Assembly: GCA_023251795.1 (NCBI GenBank)
Contig: JAHEYD010000003.1
Span: forward strand, 73,853 to 137,852
Length of the DNA stretch: 64,000 nt
DNA from: Nitrosotalea sp.
GTDB taxonomy: Archaea > Thermoproteota > Nitrososphaeria > Nitrososphaerales > Nitrosopumilaceae
Direction of reading: 5' to 3'
Shown here: positions 1 to 7,652 of the stretch, in pieces
Layout: the number at the start of each line of letters is the position of its first letter
How positions within the stretch are numbered: the first letter of the stretch is position 1
Translations under genes and position numbers: made by a program
The notes under the pieces: model-generated
The model's database searches: none
Told to the model about the DNA's origin: nothing
The model's input: the letters and a program-made list of their open reading frames with translations, nothing else

Positions 1-77
1 ATCAAAGTTTCCGGAACGTCGAACACGATGTACGCAATGTAAAGGGCGCAAAATCCGACAATCAGCAGCGGTATCAT
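1..77 (-). CDS. small hydrophobic protein, N-terminal part only (runs off window)
   Basis: ATG at 77..75 overlaps the TGA of the upstream minus-strand gene (ATGA). Translates MIPLLIVGFCALYIAYIVF... Confidence 0.3.
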   Translation of the reverse strand, partial: MIPLLIVGFCALYIAYIVFDVPETL

Positions 78-217
78 TTGGTTTCCTTTCTAACTGAATG
101 TTTACCAAACCAACGCTCAAACTCTCTGACTACCCATGGTTCAAGTTTCTTGGCTTCCTTTGATGCCCGTTCGAATGCGGCGATGAACTCTTCTCTTGTC
201 ATTTCTGGACCGTCCAT
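74..217 (-). CDS. hypothetical small protein (47 aa)
   Basis: Hand-translated MDGPEMTREEFIAAFERASKEAKKLEPW... Stop is coupled to the next ATG. Below the ORF-track size cutoff. Confidence 0.3.
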   Translation of the reverse strand: MDGPEMTREEFIAAFERASKEAKKLEPWVVREFERWFGKHSVRKETK

Positions 218-281
218 AGTATGACAACAGTGATTACGGTTCCAATGAAAAAGATTTTGTAGAAGAGGCGTTCTCTGTAGC

Positions 282-485
282 TCATTTGAACAACCATTCT
301 GCTGATTTCTGTATGAAGATTGATAGCGCGATAATGTCGAGAATAGTTATAAGCAATAACGCTGGACCATAGCTGTTTCGCTCCCCTTCTGACTCAGCCT
401 TATGAAATTTGGCTGCCAAGCCCATGCCGATCATAGTTATGTAGACCGCCAGAAACGTGCTCAGGATTTTAGATGCTAGAATCAT
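282..485 (-). CDS. small membrane protein
   Basis: ORF 282..521. Start MILASKIL at 485 overlaps the TGA of the upstream gene (ATGA). Two hydrophobic segments. Confidence 0.4.
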   Translation of the reverse strand: MILASKILSTFLAVYITMIGMGLAAKFHKAESEGERNSYGPALLLITILDIIALSIFIQKSAEWLFK

Positions 486-958
486 TTTGCCGACTCCAAC
501 GCAGTTTGCACAGCGTTCCACAGGTGGTCTGGAATAACGATGTTATGGTTATCCATTACCCACACGATTGCTTCCTGTGCATTCTTGAGTTTCTTCAACG
601 CTTCTTCCTCACGGCAAGCAGGGCACGAAAGGGTGCCGTCCATGGCGCGCTGTTTGTCACGATGATCCGGGCAAAGTGGCATATGGTCTACAATCATCTT
701 CAGGTATTGGATTTTCTTTTCCATGCTTTCAGTTAGGGCCTTAAGATGAGTCACTTGGTTCTCCCGGTCGTCTTCTTGTGTGTTAACAGCGGCAAGAGCG
801 TTTCGCAGTTGTTGGTAAGCAAATGACATTGCTCCGCCGTGCCGATTGAAAACGCTAGTAGCTCCTGCAATAATGTCCCCATCGTGTGCATATTTGAGAG
901 ACATTGCTGCACAAGCGGTTATTATTGCTTCCCTTAGAAGTTTTACTTCATTGTTCAT
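482..958 (-). CDS. hypothetical protein (coiled-coil, CxxC pair)
   Basis: ORF 482..1075. Start MNNEVK at 958 overlaps the TGA of the 955..1179 gene. Confidence 0.5.
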   Translation of the reverse strand: MNNEVKLLREAIITACAAMSLKYAHDGDIIAGATSVFNRHGGAMSFAYQQLRNALAAVNTQEDDRENQVTHLKALTESMEKKIQYLKMIVDHMPLCPDHRDKQRAMDGTLSCPACREEEALKKLKNAQEAIVWVMDNHNIVIPDHLWNAVQTALESAK

Positions 959-1179
959 TTCTTCCTCGCGTTTCGCACGTAGTTTATGGCGCGTTCTTTC
1001 TTTTCCTTGCGGCGAAGTCTGAGAATCTTCTGCGCTAGTTGGTGTTGAGGAATCTGTAATGCTGTTGAAGCGCAAATAGTAGAAAGGTAGTAGGCAATGC
1101 TGTCCTCTTCAAAATCGGTTGGTTCATCGTTCAAAGCAATAAATTCGACAGCCCTTTTGATTGCCTCATTTCTATTCAT
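955..1179 (-). CDS. hypothetical protein
   Basis: ORF track. GGAGG lies 5 nt upstream of the ATG at 1179. First gene of the leftward operon. Confidence 0.5.
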   Translation of the reverse strand: MNRNEAIKRAVEFIALNDEPTDFEEDSIAYYLSTICASTALQIPQHQLAQKILRLRRKEKKERAINYVRNARKK

Positions 1180-1197
1180 GCTACCTCCATGCCGAGA

Positions 1198-1227
1198 ATT
1201 TTATCATATTTGGTGAGTATTTGTCAA
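1198..1227 (-). promoter_or_regulatory. sigma70-type promoter (leftward)
   Basis: On the minus strand: TTGACA (revcomp of 1222-1227), 18 nt, TAAAAT (revcomp of 1198-1203), preceded by TATGA. Confidence 0.55.
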
Positions 1228-1238
1228 TATTTAGTAAC

Positions 1239-1269
1239 TTGACAACATTACGGTACTCTATGTTAGAAT
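1239..1269 (+). promoter_or_regulatory. sigma70-type promoter (rightward)
   Basis: TTGACA 1239-1244, 19 nt spacer ending in TGT, TAGAAT 1264-1269, then GGAGG and ATG 1293. Confidence 0.55.
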
Positions 1270-1292
1270 GTCGTCGGAGGAGTGGTGTTAAC

Positions 1293-1601
1293 ATGAAAGA
1301 AATAACGGTTTTATTGGAAATCCCGACGATAGACCACGGTCTTGCTATTGGGTTCAAAAAGATTAAATTCAAAGACGAGACAATTAAAAAGCTGGAGGCA
1401 CAAGCAGAAACCATAGTGTTGCATACTACGATGGCATTTCCATTGTACAAGAACAACGGTGAAGTTGTGAATAATTTAGTTGCTAAAATGATTAGAGAAA
1501 TATTGCCGCTTGGGTGTACTATTGTCGGCATTGTGAAACCCGGTGGGTGGGTTGGCGAAATACAACCGATTAACTTAGGGGTTGAAGAAGAAGGTCTATG
1601 A
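1293..1601 (+). CDS. hypothetical protein
   Basis: ORF 1161..1601. Internal ATG 1293 is preceded by GGAGG. Confidence 0.5.
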   Translation: MKEITVLLEIPTIDHGLAIGFKKIKFKDETIKKLEAQAETIVLHTTMAFPLYKNNGEVVNNLVAKMIREILPLGCTIVGIVKPGGWVGEIQPINLGVEEEGL

Positions 1602-2026
1602 TTTCTTCGTTTGCCGGTAAATTCGATTTTCTTTCGAATTTCTACCCGTGTAAAGTGGTTTATGACGGGGACGAGTATAAATCTGTCGAGCATGCGTATC
1701 AAGCAGCGAAGACGCTTGACAAACGGTTAAGATATGTAATTGGGAAAGCTTACTGTGGCGGAGCAGCAAAACGATTGGGCAGGGAGGTTGTTATTAGACC
1801 GGATTGGGAAGAAATTAAAGTTAGTATTATGGCCGATTTAGTTAGGAAAAAGTTTAAAAACGACGTGGAATTGGCTCTACAGCTTCTTAATACTGGCGAC
1901 GAAGGGTTAGAGGAGGGAAACACTTGGGGAGATAGATTTTGGGGAGTTTACAAAGGTCGTGGTGAAAATAACCTTGGTAAAATACTAATGTCGGTTCGTG
2001 AAGAAATAAGAAAGGATATCGAATGA
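1598..2026 (+). CDS. NADAR (YbiA/DUF1768) family protein
   Basis: FLSNFYP...YKSVEHAYQAAK...W...NLLGKILM pattern typical of NADAR. ATGA overlap with the upstream gene. Confidence 0.75.
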   Translation: MISSFAGKFDFLSNFYPCKVVYDGDEYKSVEHAYQAAKTLDKRLRYVIGKAYCGGAAKRLGREVVIRPDWEEIKVSIMADLVRKKFKNDVELALQLLNTGDEGLEEGNTWGDRFWGVYKGRGENNLGKILMSVREEIRKDIE

Positions 2027-2685
2027 GCCGTTTGACTCTTCCTAGAATATTTACTATAGGGCACAGCAATACGAGTGCTGAGGAATTTGTCGAAAAGCTT
2101 GATGCTTTTGGCATTGAAACTCTCGTTGATGTTAGATCCCACCCCGGTTCCCGTCATGTACCGTGGACAAATAAGGATAGCTTAATTTCTTTGCTTGGTG
2201 ATAGATACGTATGGATGCCGGAGCTAGGTGGCCCAACTTCTGGACCATATTCTGACATTAATAATTTCCCGAAGCATCATATTGGGAAGGTTCGACCGGA
2301 GTTTAAGAAGGTTAAGGAAGAGGACCGCCCTAACACGTGGTGGAATCAGGGGTTGTTTGACTATGGGGTTTGGATAGGGGAAAGCAATTCGTTTTTTGGT
2401 GGCCTTCTTTATCTTGCAAATTTGCCTACGGCGGCTATTTGTTGCTCAGAGGCGCTATGGTGGAAATGCCATCGTAGTATGATTTCAGATGTTTGGTCTG
2501 CTCTTGGTGGTGAAGTCGTTCATATTTTTGCACCTAAGAAAAGTGCTAGTCACCCGTCCGGTGAATCTTTGAAATCTAGGCTTGACAGGTATGAGGAACC
2601 AACCCTTGAAGCAATAAGTCGTTTTAAATTTGCTATGGATTCGTGGAATAGTGGTATTGACAAACTATCCCCTAGTATGGTATAA
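2023..2685 (+). CDS. DUF488 family protein
   Basis: IFTIGHSN.S.EEF...L...GIE.LVDVRS.PGSR ... MPELGG signature of DUF488. Confidence 0.7.
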   Translation: MSRLTLPRIFTIGHSNTSAEEFVEKLDAFGIETLVDVRSHPGSRHVPWTNKDSLISLLGDRYVWMPELGGPTSGPYSDINNFPKHHIGKVRPEFKKVKEEDRPNTWWNQGLFDYGVWIGESNSFFGGLLYLANLPTAAICCSEALWWKCHRSMISDVWSALGGEVVHIFAPKKSASHPSGESLKSRLDRYEEPTLEAISRFKFAMDSWNSGIDKLSPSMV

Positions 2686-2686
2686 T
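2657..2686 (+). promoter_or_regulatory. phage promoter family copy (TTGACA-N18-TATAAT)
   Basis: TTGACA 2657-2662, TATGG, TATAAT 2681-2686, followed by the conserved leader TTTCTTACTGAGGGGAGGAACGGAAATG. Confidence 0.7.
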
Positions 2687-2711
2687 TTTCTTACTGAGGG
2701 GAGGAACGGAA

Positions 2712-2780
2712 ATGACCGACACTTCCAGACAGTCTTGGGAAACCGACGAACAGGTTGATAGGTTTCGGGCAGACGTATGA
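2712..2780 (+). CDS. possible 22-aa leader ORF
   Basis: The ATG sits exactly where the other promoter/leader copies place their gene start. MTDTSRQSWETDEQVDRFRADV. Confidence 0.25.
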   Translation: MTDTSRQSWETDEQVDRFRADV

Positions 2781-2874
2781 AGCGACAAGTTTTCACATTC
2801 CCGGTACCGTGAGTTTTGCGGTGGCGGGAGCTGAAATGGTCCCAAAAGCGTGTACTTGAAGCCTTGGAGATAAC

Positions 2875-3633
2875 ATGGCTCCCGAGAAAGTTCTCGACAA
2901 AATCAGAAAGCTGCTTGCGCTTGGTGATATTTCGAAGTCGAAGACTACTGCTGCCGAAGCTGAGCAGGCGATGGCCGCTGCTTACCGGATCGCGGCTCTA
3001 CACAACATCGATATCGAGAATCTTGATGGCGGTGTTGGTATTGATTTTACGGATGTGGTCGTCAAAGAAACCGGGTTGCGTCCCGTTGAATTTCCGTTTG
3101 TTGGGCGTATTTTGAATGAATTTTTCTTCGTCACGGTTTGGGAATCAGTGTCCGCAGACGACGGTAATCAGAACAGGCGGTTTTACCAGTGCCGCATCTT
3201 TGGCACAAAAGAGAATGTTGAAGTCGCCACCTATATTTACCAGTATCTGTCCAGAAGCTTTCGTTCTCTCTGGAACGGGTTTTCCAAAGAGTGGAAGGAA
3301 GCTTTTAAAGTGCAAGAGAAGATTGGGTTTTCTCTTGGTGTTCCGGCATTTAGTAAGTCGTACGAGAAGTCGTTTTACGCCGGTATCATGCATGGTATAG
3401 TCGAACGGCTCCGGGTTGAGAAAGGTGGCGTCAATCAGGAAAACGCTCTTATGGTGATCGACAACAAACACCGGGAGGCTTTTCAGGATCAGCACCCGGA
3501 CACTAAGACTTACAATGCTTTGGCAAAACAGAAAATTAACCATATGGCGTTTCAGGCCGGGTTTGTTGATTCAGAAAAAATTAATATTAGGAAGGCTGTT
3601 GGTGGCGGTAATCAGGGACAGTTGAGGGGATAA
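2875..3633 (+). CDS. DUF2786-domain protein
   Basis: N-terminal KIRKLLALGD...AEAEQAMAAAYRIAALHNI matches the DUF2786 helical hairpin. GGAG lies before the ATG. Confidence 0.6.
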   Translation: MAPEKVLDKIRKLLALGDISKSKTTAAEAEQAMAAAYRIAALHNIDIENLDGGVGIDFTDVVVKETGLRPVEFPFVGRILNEFFFVTVWESVSADDGNQNRRFYQCRIFGTKENVEVATYIYQYLSRSFRSLWNGFSKEWKEAFKVQEKIGFSLGVPAFSKSYEKSFYAGIMHGIVERLRVEKGGVNQENALMVIDNKHREAFQDQHPDTKTYNALAKQKINHMAFQAGFVDSEKINIRKAVGGGNQGQLRG

Positions 3634-3635
3634 AA

Positions 3636-4301
3636 ATGAATGGTAATGTGAACGATCACAGAATGGTTCCGGGGAAAGATATCAGTAATGAGGAAATTGC
3701 TCGCCTTTTCCATGAAGCTTATGAACGACTTGCCCCTAGTTTTGGGTATTCGACGCGACCCGAAACCAGAAGCTTTGACGCTGAAAGTCCGAATGGTCGT
3801 TTGATGATTGCTGTTGCTGGTGAAGTCAAATCTGCTCTTGCTGTCAATAGTTTGGTTGATGTGACAGAGCAAATGATGGCGGTTGAGCGACTTTGCAAGG
3901 CAGCAGATAGTATGATGGACAAGCTTGAAGTAATTGAGCAAGCGACCGTAGGGGTGTTTACGCTTGCTCAAATACACGGCTCCGTGTATAAGGGTCCGAC
4001 TTACGAGAAAGAGTTCAAGGAATTGAACGATGCAGTGTTCCAATTTAGGGTGAAATATGAACCAGTAGAGCCTATTTCTAGGTGGGCTTCCACACAGACA
4101 ATTAGAGAAGTAGATTGTTCAAGGTGTGGACAACCAGCGGGGAAAGATTGCAGGCAACCAAAAGGGAGGATAGCCCCATACCCTCACCCCGAAAGAGAAA
4201 AAGCGTATATAGATAAGATTGGAAAAGAGGAATGGGAACGTCGTCACATGACAATTGGTAAATCCTTCGAAGAATATATGAACGAATGGAGAACCAAGTG
4301 A
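3636..4301 (+). CDS. hypothetical protein (C-terminal CxxC...C Zn-ribbon-like)
   Basis: ORF track. RBS GAGGGGA. Confidence 0.5.
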   Translation: MNGNVNDHRMVPGKDISNEEIARLFHEAYERLAPSFGYSTRPETRSFDAESPNGRLMIAVAGEVKSALAVNSLVDVTEQMMAVERLCKAADSMMDKLEVIEQATVGVFTLAQIHGSVYKGPTYEKEFKELNDAVFQFRVKYEPVEPISRWASTQTIREVDCSRCGQPAGKDCRQPKGRIAPYPHPEREKAYIDKIGKEEWERRHMTIGKSFEEYMNEWRTK

Positions 4302-4681
4302 AATTAATCGAAAAGTTGATTGATAGATTTTCAATTTTGGTTTTCCGGTTGAGGAATGGATTCGACTATAGAGACTGTTGGAACCTTGACCACTCTTTGG
4401 CAAAGTGGTTAGTGCCAAGGCTTCGGTTTCTTAGCAAAAATACGGCCAGTGCTCCGATAGGCTATCCTAATTTAACTATAGATATTGGTGGTAATTGGGA
4501 AGCTAAGACCGATTTTGAAGCTTGGAGTAGAGATCTTGGAATTGCTGCAGACCAGCTTGAAGCATGGGTGGAACGTCAAGAATTTTACGATGGGGATTTT
4601 GAAAAAGATAAAATGATGTTCGATGATTCGAAAAAAGCGATGATGTGGGTAGCTGAATGGTACCACTCGCTTTGGGATTGA
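4286..4681 (+). CDS. hypothetical protein
   Basis: ORF track, in operon context. Confidence 0.45.
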   Translation: MENQVKLIEKLIDRFSILVFRLRNGFDYRDCWNLDHSLAKWLVPRLRFLSKNTASAPIGYPNLTIDIGGNWEAKTDFEAWSRDLGIAADQLEAWVERQEFYDGDFEKDKMMFDDSKKAMMWVAEWYHSLWD

Positions 4682-4742
4682 GTAGGAGTAGGAAAACTCC
4701 AGCGTGGCGTAATATCAACAAGAAGGAAGACAGGAGGAAGAA

Positions 4743-5060
4743 ATGCTTAACGAAGACATGAGAGAGTATGGTATTGATTTTGACGTTATTGGTCGGCTTG
4801 CCAAAAGGTATTCGACCCCGCCGAATGTTTTGATCACTGATATTGATTTCGTTACGTCGGCTGACGGTGATTCCATTACTTGTGTGATCGGCGCGAGAAT
4901 CAATGTTTGGGTGTGTGGAGAGCACAAGCTTACCACTACCGGTTCCGCATACCGAAACCCAAACGATACCCCTAATCAGCAAATTGGCGGAGCAATTGCG
5001 TTCGCCCGCGCTCTAAAGAATCTTTCTGAAATAGCGTGGTTTCATTTTGACACCGATTAA
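4743..5060 (+). CDS. hypothetical protein, DUF1876-like C-terminus
   Basis: GSAYRNPNDTPNQQIGGAIAFARALKNL resembles the DUF1876 (Rv2632c-like) motif, recalled from memory. RBS AGGAGG. Confidence 0.4.
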   Translation: MLNEDMREYGIDFDVIGRLAKRYSTPPNVLITDIDFVTSADGDSITCVIGARINVWVCGEHKLTTTGSAYRNPNDTPNQQIGGAIAFARALKNLSEIAWFHFDTD

Positions 5061-5174
5061 GAAGGCTCTTTGTTTTCTTGGATTTCATAAATTTGATATC
5101 CAAAAAAAACTTCCTAATGGGATAACTATGACGGTTTGTTCCAGATGTGGGATACCGTTGTATGAGTATGTTCG

Positions 5175-6710
5175 ATGAAGTTTTATACAAGGCCGCCTGA
5201 GAGGCTTTTTGTTTATGTTTCCGGGAATTCTGGAGAGATAGAGGAAGTATGTTCTTCTCTTACTTTCATTGACAAAAAGGCGGTCAAACAGTACAGAAGA
5301 TCGGTTGAGGCGGGGGAATCGATGGAACCGCCTCAACCGGTTACGTTTTTTGATTTACAAGAGCAGAGGCTTTTGTATGGACATTTGCCTATGCTTTTGA
5401 AGGAATTGGATAACAGACGAATAAAGTATGATATAGACGATTTGATATTGAAAATGCAGTCTAGCAAGAATGATGTGTCGGTGGATAATTTGTTGACTAT
5501 TGACTACCGAGACTACCAACTTGGGGCTATTTCGTCGGCTTTGAATGACAAGAATGGAATAATAAAAGTTGCCACTGCTGGTGGTAAGACTATTGTGGCC
5601 GCTGGTGTCATAAAGTCAATAAACAAACCATCGTTGTTTTTGGTTACACAAATACCGCTTCTTCACCAAGCGGTTAGCTCGTTTCAACGATTTGGAATTT
5701 CTAATATAGGTGTCATTGGCGATGGGAAGAAGAACATAGGAGTTCACACTGTAGCGGATGCTAGGTGGTTATCCAGATTAGTGAAAACAGATAAAGATAT
5801 TAGGAAATGGATAACAGGAGTCGATGTTTTAATAGTGGACGAATGCCACAGGGCTGCAGCGAATTCTTGGTTGTCGGTTATTCTTAGCGCAAGCAGGTCT
5901 GAATATAGAATCGGGCTCTCTGGTACCCCGTTTGAATCGAGAGTTGAAGGTGAGTCTATAAGAGATATCCAAATCACAGGATTGTTTGGTCCAATAATAT
6001 ACGAAATAGGTGCTCGCGATTTAATGGATCAAGGGCACATTGCTCGGCCTAGTATTTACATGGTGCCAATAGACAAACCAAAAGTGAACCGTGGCGCTGT
6101 GAGGAGTAAATGGAGAGGGAATCAAGGGAAGCAATACAACAAAATTTATGAAGAAGGGATAGTATTCCACCCTACTAGGAATAAAACAGCTTCCCAAATC
6201 ATTTTTACTTTAGTTAAGAAGCATGGGCTACAAACTTTAGTTCTAGTGAACCAAATACGCCACGGACAAGAGATTGTTGAAATGCTCGACGCTATGGGAG
6301 TCAAATCGGTATTTGTGGCTGGTGATAAGCAAGTATTTATACCGAATGGCAAAGTTTTTGAAGATGAGATTGAGAATTTCAAATCAAAAACTGTTGAGCG
6401 GTTTGCAAATGGTGAATTTGAAGTTATGATAGGATCTCCGGTATTTTCTGAGGGATATGATCTTCCCGGAGGGATGGTTGAGGCTTTGGTCTTAATGGGA
6501 GGAGGAAAGGGTTTAATACCAGTTCTTCAAAGGCTTGGAAGGGCATTAAGACCAAAACCCGGATTGAACGAAGTAGTTGTTATTGATTTTTATGACAAAC
6601 AACATTTTTATTTAGAGAATCACTCAAGAAAAAGGGAGAATGAATATGGGGCAGAAGGGTACGAAGTCCAAGGATGGGGAGAATTCGTCAGTAGATTCGT
6701 TTCCGGCTGA
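5175..6710 (+). CDS. SF2 DEAD/DEAH-box DNA helicase
   Basis: Motifs DYQ, ATAGGKT (Walker A), DECH, SGTP, QRLGRALR (motif VI). Start uncertain. Confidence 0.8.
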   Translation: MKFYTRPPERLFVYVSGNSGEIEEVCSSLTFIDKKAVKQYRRSVEAGESMEPPQPVTFFDLQEQRLLYGHLPMLLKELDNRRIKYDIDDLILKMQSSKNDVSVDNLLTIDYRDYQLGAISSALNDKNGIIKVATAGGKTIVAAGVIKSINKPSLFLVTQIPLLHQAVSSFQRFGISNIGVIGDGKKNIGVHTVADARWLSRLVKTDKDIRKWITGVDVLIVDECHRAAANSWLSVILSASRSEYRIGLSGTPFESRVEGESIRDIQITGLFGPIIYEIGARDLMDQGHIARPSIYMVPIDKPKVNRGAVRSKWRGNQGKQYNKIYEEGIVFHPTRNKTASQIIFTLVKKHGLQTLVLVNQIRHGQEIVEMLDAMGVKSVFVAGDKQVFIPNGKVFEDEIENFKSKTVERFANGEFEVMIGSPVFSEGYDLPGGMVEALVLMGGGKGLIPVLQRLGRALRPKPGLNEVVVIDFYDKQHFYLENHSRKRENEYGAEGYEVQGWGEFVSRFVSG

Positions 6711-7008
6711 CACGACTGTTACTGCTGAGTTGCTGGAAAATAGTAATTTTCGCCTGACTATAGGAATAAAAAATTCAATACCCATAGGTGACTACACAAA
6801 CATTTCACCGTTTGTTACTATATCTGCTGATATTGGCGATGATTCAGACTTGATGGAAGAGGCAAATAGGTTGTACAATAAGATTTCCCCGGTCTATGGG
6901 TTTTTATTGTTGTCTGAATACAACAGAGCAAAGGTTGCTCAGAAAAATGTTATTAGTTTGGCAAAACAACTTCTTGAATTTAACGGCAGGGGTGGCAATG
7001 ATGAATGA
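6646..7008 (+). CDS. hypothetical protein
   Basis: ORF 6640..7008. GGGAG RBS. Confidence 0.4.
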   Translation: MGQKGTKSKDGENSSVDSFPADTTVTAELLENSNFRLTIGIKNSIPIGDYTNISPFVTISADIGDDSDLMEEANRLYNKISPVYGFLLLSEYNRAKVAQKNVISLAKQLLEFNGRGGNDE

Positions 7009-7144
7009 TGAAAGGGACAAGCAAATACATAAACTGTTCGACAAAATTTTGAAGATCGGGCTATTAATAGAGAGTTTGAAAAGTACGATAGATAACCTTG
7101 AAAAACAGATAGTAGATATTGAGGAAGAAGTAAGAAACACTTGA
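6998..7144 (+). CDS. small coiled-coil protein
   Basis: Internal start MMNDERDK of ORF 6896..7144, overlapping the upstream stop. Confidence 0.35.
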   Translation: MMNDERDKQIHKLFDKILKIGLLIESLKSTIDNLEKQIVDIEEEVRNT

Positions 7145-7171
7145 CAAAATATTCATATATTATGATAGAAT
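7141..7171 (+). promoter_or_regulatory. sigma70-type promoter
   Basis: TTGACA 7141-7146, 19 nt ending in TATGA, TAGAAT 7166-7171, then GGAGG and ATG 7191. Confidence 0.6.
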
Positions 7172-7190
7172 CACCGGTAGTGGAGGAGTT

Positions 7191-7652
7191 ATGAGAAAGT
7201 TAATATTTCTTGATATCGATGGCGTCCTTTGCACCGGTAATCACATGCAAAAACTTTCCGATAACGGAGAGAAATGGTTCAAGGCATTGGACCCGGAGTG
7301 TGTTAGCAGATTTAATAAGCTCGTTGCCGAAACCGGTGCTGACGTGGTAGTGTCGAGTACGTGGAGGCTTTCTCATGGATCACACGGGAGACTTGCCGAA
7401 GAGTTGCTTGGGAAGGGCGTGGTGGCTAACATTATAGGCATGACTCCTATTCTGCATAACCGTAACCTTGATGCTACACGCGGTGATGAAATCGCAGCTT
7501 GGATCGCTGGAAATAAATTCGATGGTAAGTTCGTTATTATTGACGACGACGATGATATGGGAGATCTTTGGGTATTTCTTGTTCAAACTGACTTTCTTAA
7601 TGGCTTAACTGACAGGGATTGTGATAAAATAAAGATTGTTCTAAATGAGTGA
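7191..7652 (+). CDS. HAD-superfamily phosphatase (HAD_SAK_2-like)
   Basis: IFLDIDGVL...VVSSTWR...TP...RGDEI..W...FVIIDDDDDM pattern. Confidence 0.65.
   Translation: MRKLIFLDIDGVLCTGNHMQKLSDNGEKWFKALDPECVSRFNKLVAETGADVVVSSTWRLSHGSHGRLAEELLGKGVVANIIGMTPILHNRNLDATRGDEIAAWIAGNKFDGKFVIIDDDDDMGDLWVFLVQTDFLNGLTDRDCDKIKIVLNE

Noticed and set aside
2816-3115. 99-aa ORF overlapping the start of the DUF2786 gene
   Set aside because: It is out of frame with the recognisable DUF2786 N-terminus. It has a non-ATG start and no RBS.
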